A program made the position numbers and the translations under genes. The notes under the pieces are model-generated. The model did no database searches, was not told where the DNA came from, and was given only the letters and a program-made list of their open reading frames with translations. Source: Octopus sinensis (Eukaryota). From it: a stretch of 64,000 bases of DNA. Below, piece after piece: positions 63,069 through 64,000 of the stretch; the first letter of the stretch is position 1; every line of letters starts with the position of its first letter. The stretch lies in the NCBI RefSeq assembly GCF_006345805.1, contig NC_043010.1:61938001-62002000 (forward strand). Reading direction: 5' to 3'.

Positions 63069-64000
63069 TATTATTATTATTATAGTTTCAAATTTTTTCA
63101 CAAGGACAATAATAATAATAACAACAACAACAACAATATTGGTTTCAAATTTTGCCACAAGGGCAATGATAATAATAATAATAATAACAACATCGGTTTC
63201 AAAACCATTATTATTATGGCAGCCAGTATTGTTAGCATGCTGAGGAAAATGCTTAGCAGCATTTCACCTGTATATACAGGTTGGCCTTGCTGTTCATCTT
63301 CTCAGGTTGATAAATTAAGTACCAGTCATGTACTGGGGTCAATGTAATCGATCTATTCCCTCCCCCAAAGTTGCTGGCCATGTGCCAAAATTTGAAACCA
63401 ATATTTTGTAACTGCTAATAATTCAGATTTAATTATATATTTCTTTATTACCCACAAGGGGCTAAACACAGAGGGGACAAACAAGGACAGACAAAGGAAT
63501 CAAGTTGGTTACATCGACCTCAGTGCGAAAGTGGTACTTTATTTATCGACCCCGAAAGGATGAAAGGCAAAGTCGACCTCGGCGGAATTTGAACTCAGAA
63601 CCTGGCCACAGATGAAATACCGCTAAGCATTTCGCCTGGCATGCAAACGATTCTGTCAGCTCGCAGATTTAATTATATTTTAATTGTGCAGCACTGGCAT
63701 AGCAGTGTGGTAAGAAGTTTGCTTCCCAACCTCATGGTTCCGGTTTCAGTCCCACTGCGTGGCACCTTTTGTAAGTGTCTTCTACTATAAAGCCTTGTGA
63801 GTGGATTTGGTTGACGGAAACTGAAAGAAGCCTGTTGTACACATATATATATAATGTATGTATGTGTGTGTGTTTGTTCCCTCATCATCACTTGACAACC
63901 GATGTTGGTGTGTTTACACCGCTGTAACTTAACAGTTCAGCAAAAGAGACCAATAGAATAAGTACTAGGCTTACAAAGAATAAGTCCTGGGGTCGATTTG

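Overview
Eukaryotic, AT-rich, repeat-saturated genomic DNA. It is most consistent with an octopus or other coleoid cephalopod, an inference from the SINE-plus-microsatellite landscape and the single-exon multi-finger C2H2 genes. Two intact single-coding-exon C2H2 zinc-finger genes lie on the minus strand: 17584-19944 (13 fingers, arranged 2+3+8) and 54736-56928 (12 fingers, arranged 5+4+3). A probable first coding exon of a third minus-strand gene, encoding a signal-peptide-like segment, lies at 1034-1166. The remainder is intron or intergenic DNA. It holds dozens of tRNA-derived SINE copies from several families, RTE and CR1 LINE remnants, Tc1/mariner, hAT and piggyBac-like DNA elements and MITEs, a Helitron end, and long (TA)n, (CA)n and triplet microsatellites. 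Nearly all short ORFs in the track are microsatellite, SINE or antisense artefacts. No rRNA, genuine tRNA gene or CRISPR array was found. The most notable observations are: (1) short elements whose 3' ends carry Penelope-type minimal hammerhead-ribozyme-like motifs, including one with a tRNA head, recurring as head-to-head inverted pairs; (2) several long fold-back structures (2.2 kb, 550 bp, 250 bp); (3) decayed relic fingers forming the N-terminus of ZNF gene 1; (4) a modular QxxN finger array in ZNF gene 2 that the canonical code predicts binds (NAA)n. All alignments and identities are by eye, and repeat boundaries are approximate unless a TSD or TIR is quoted.
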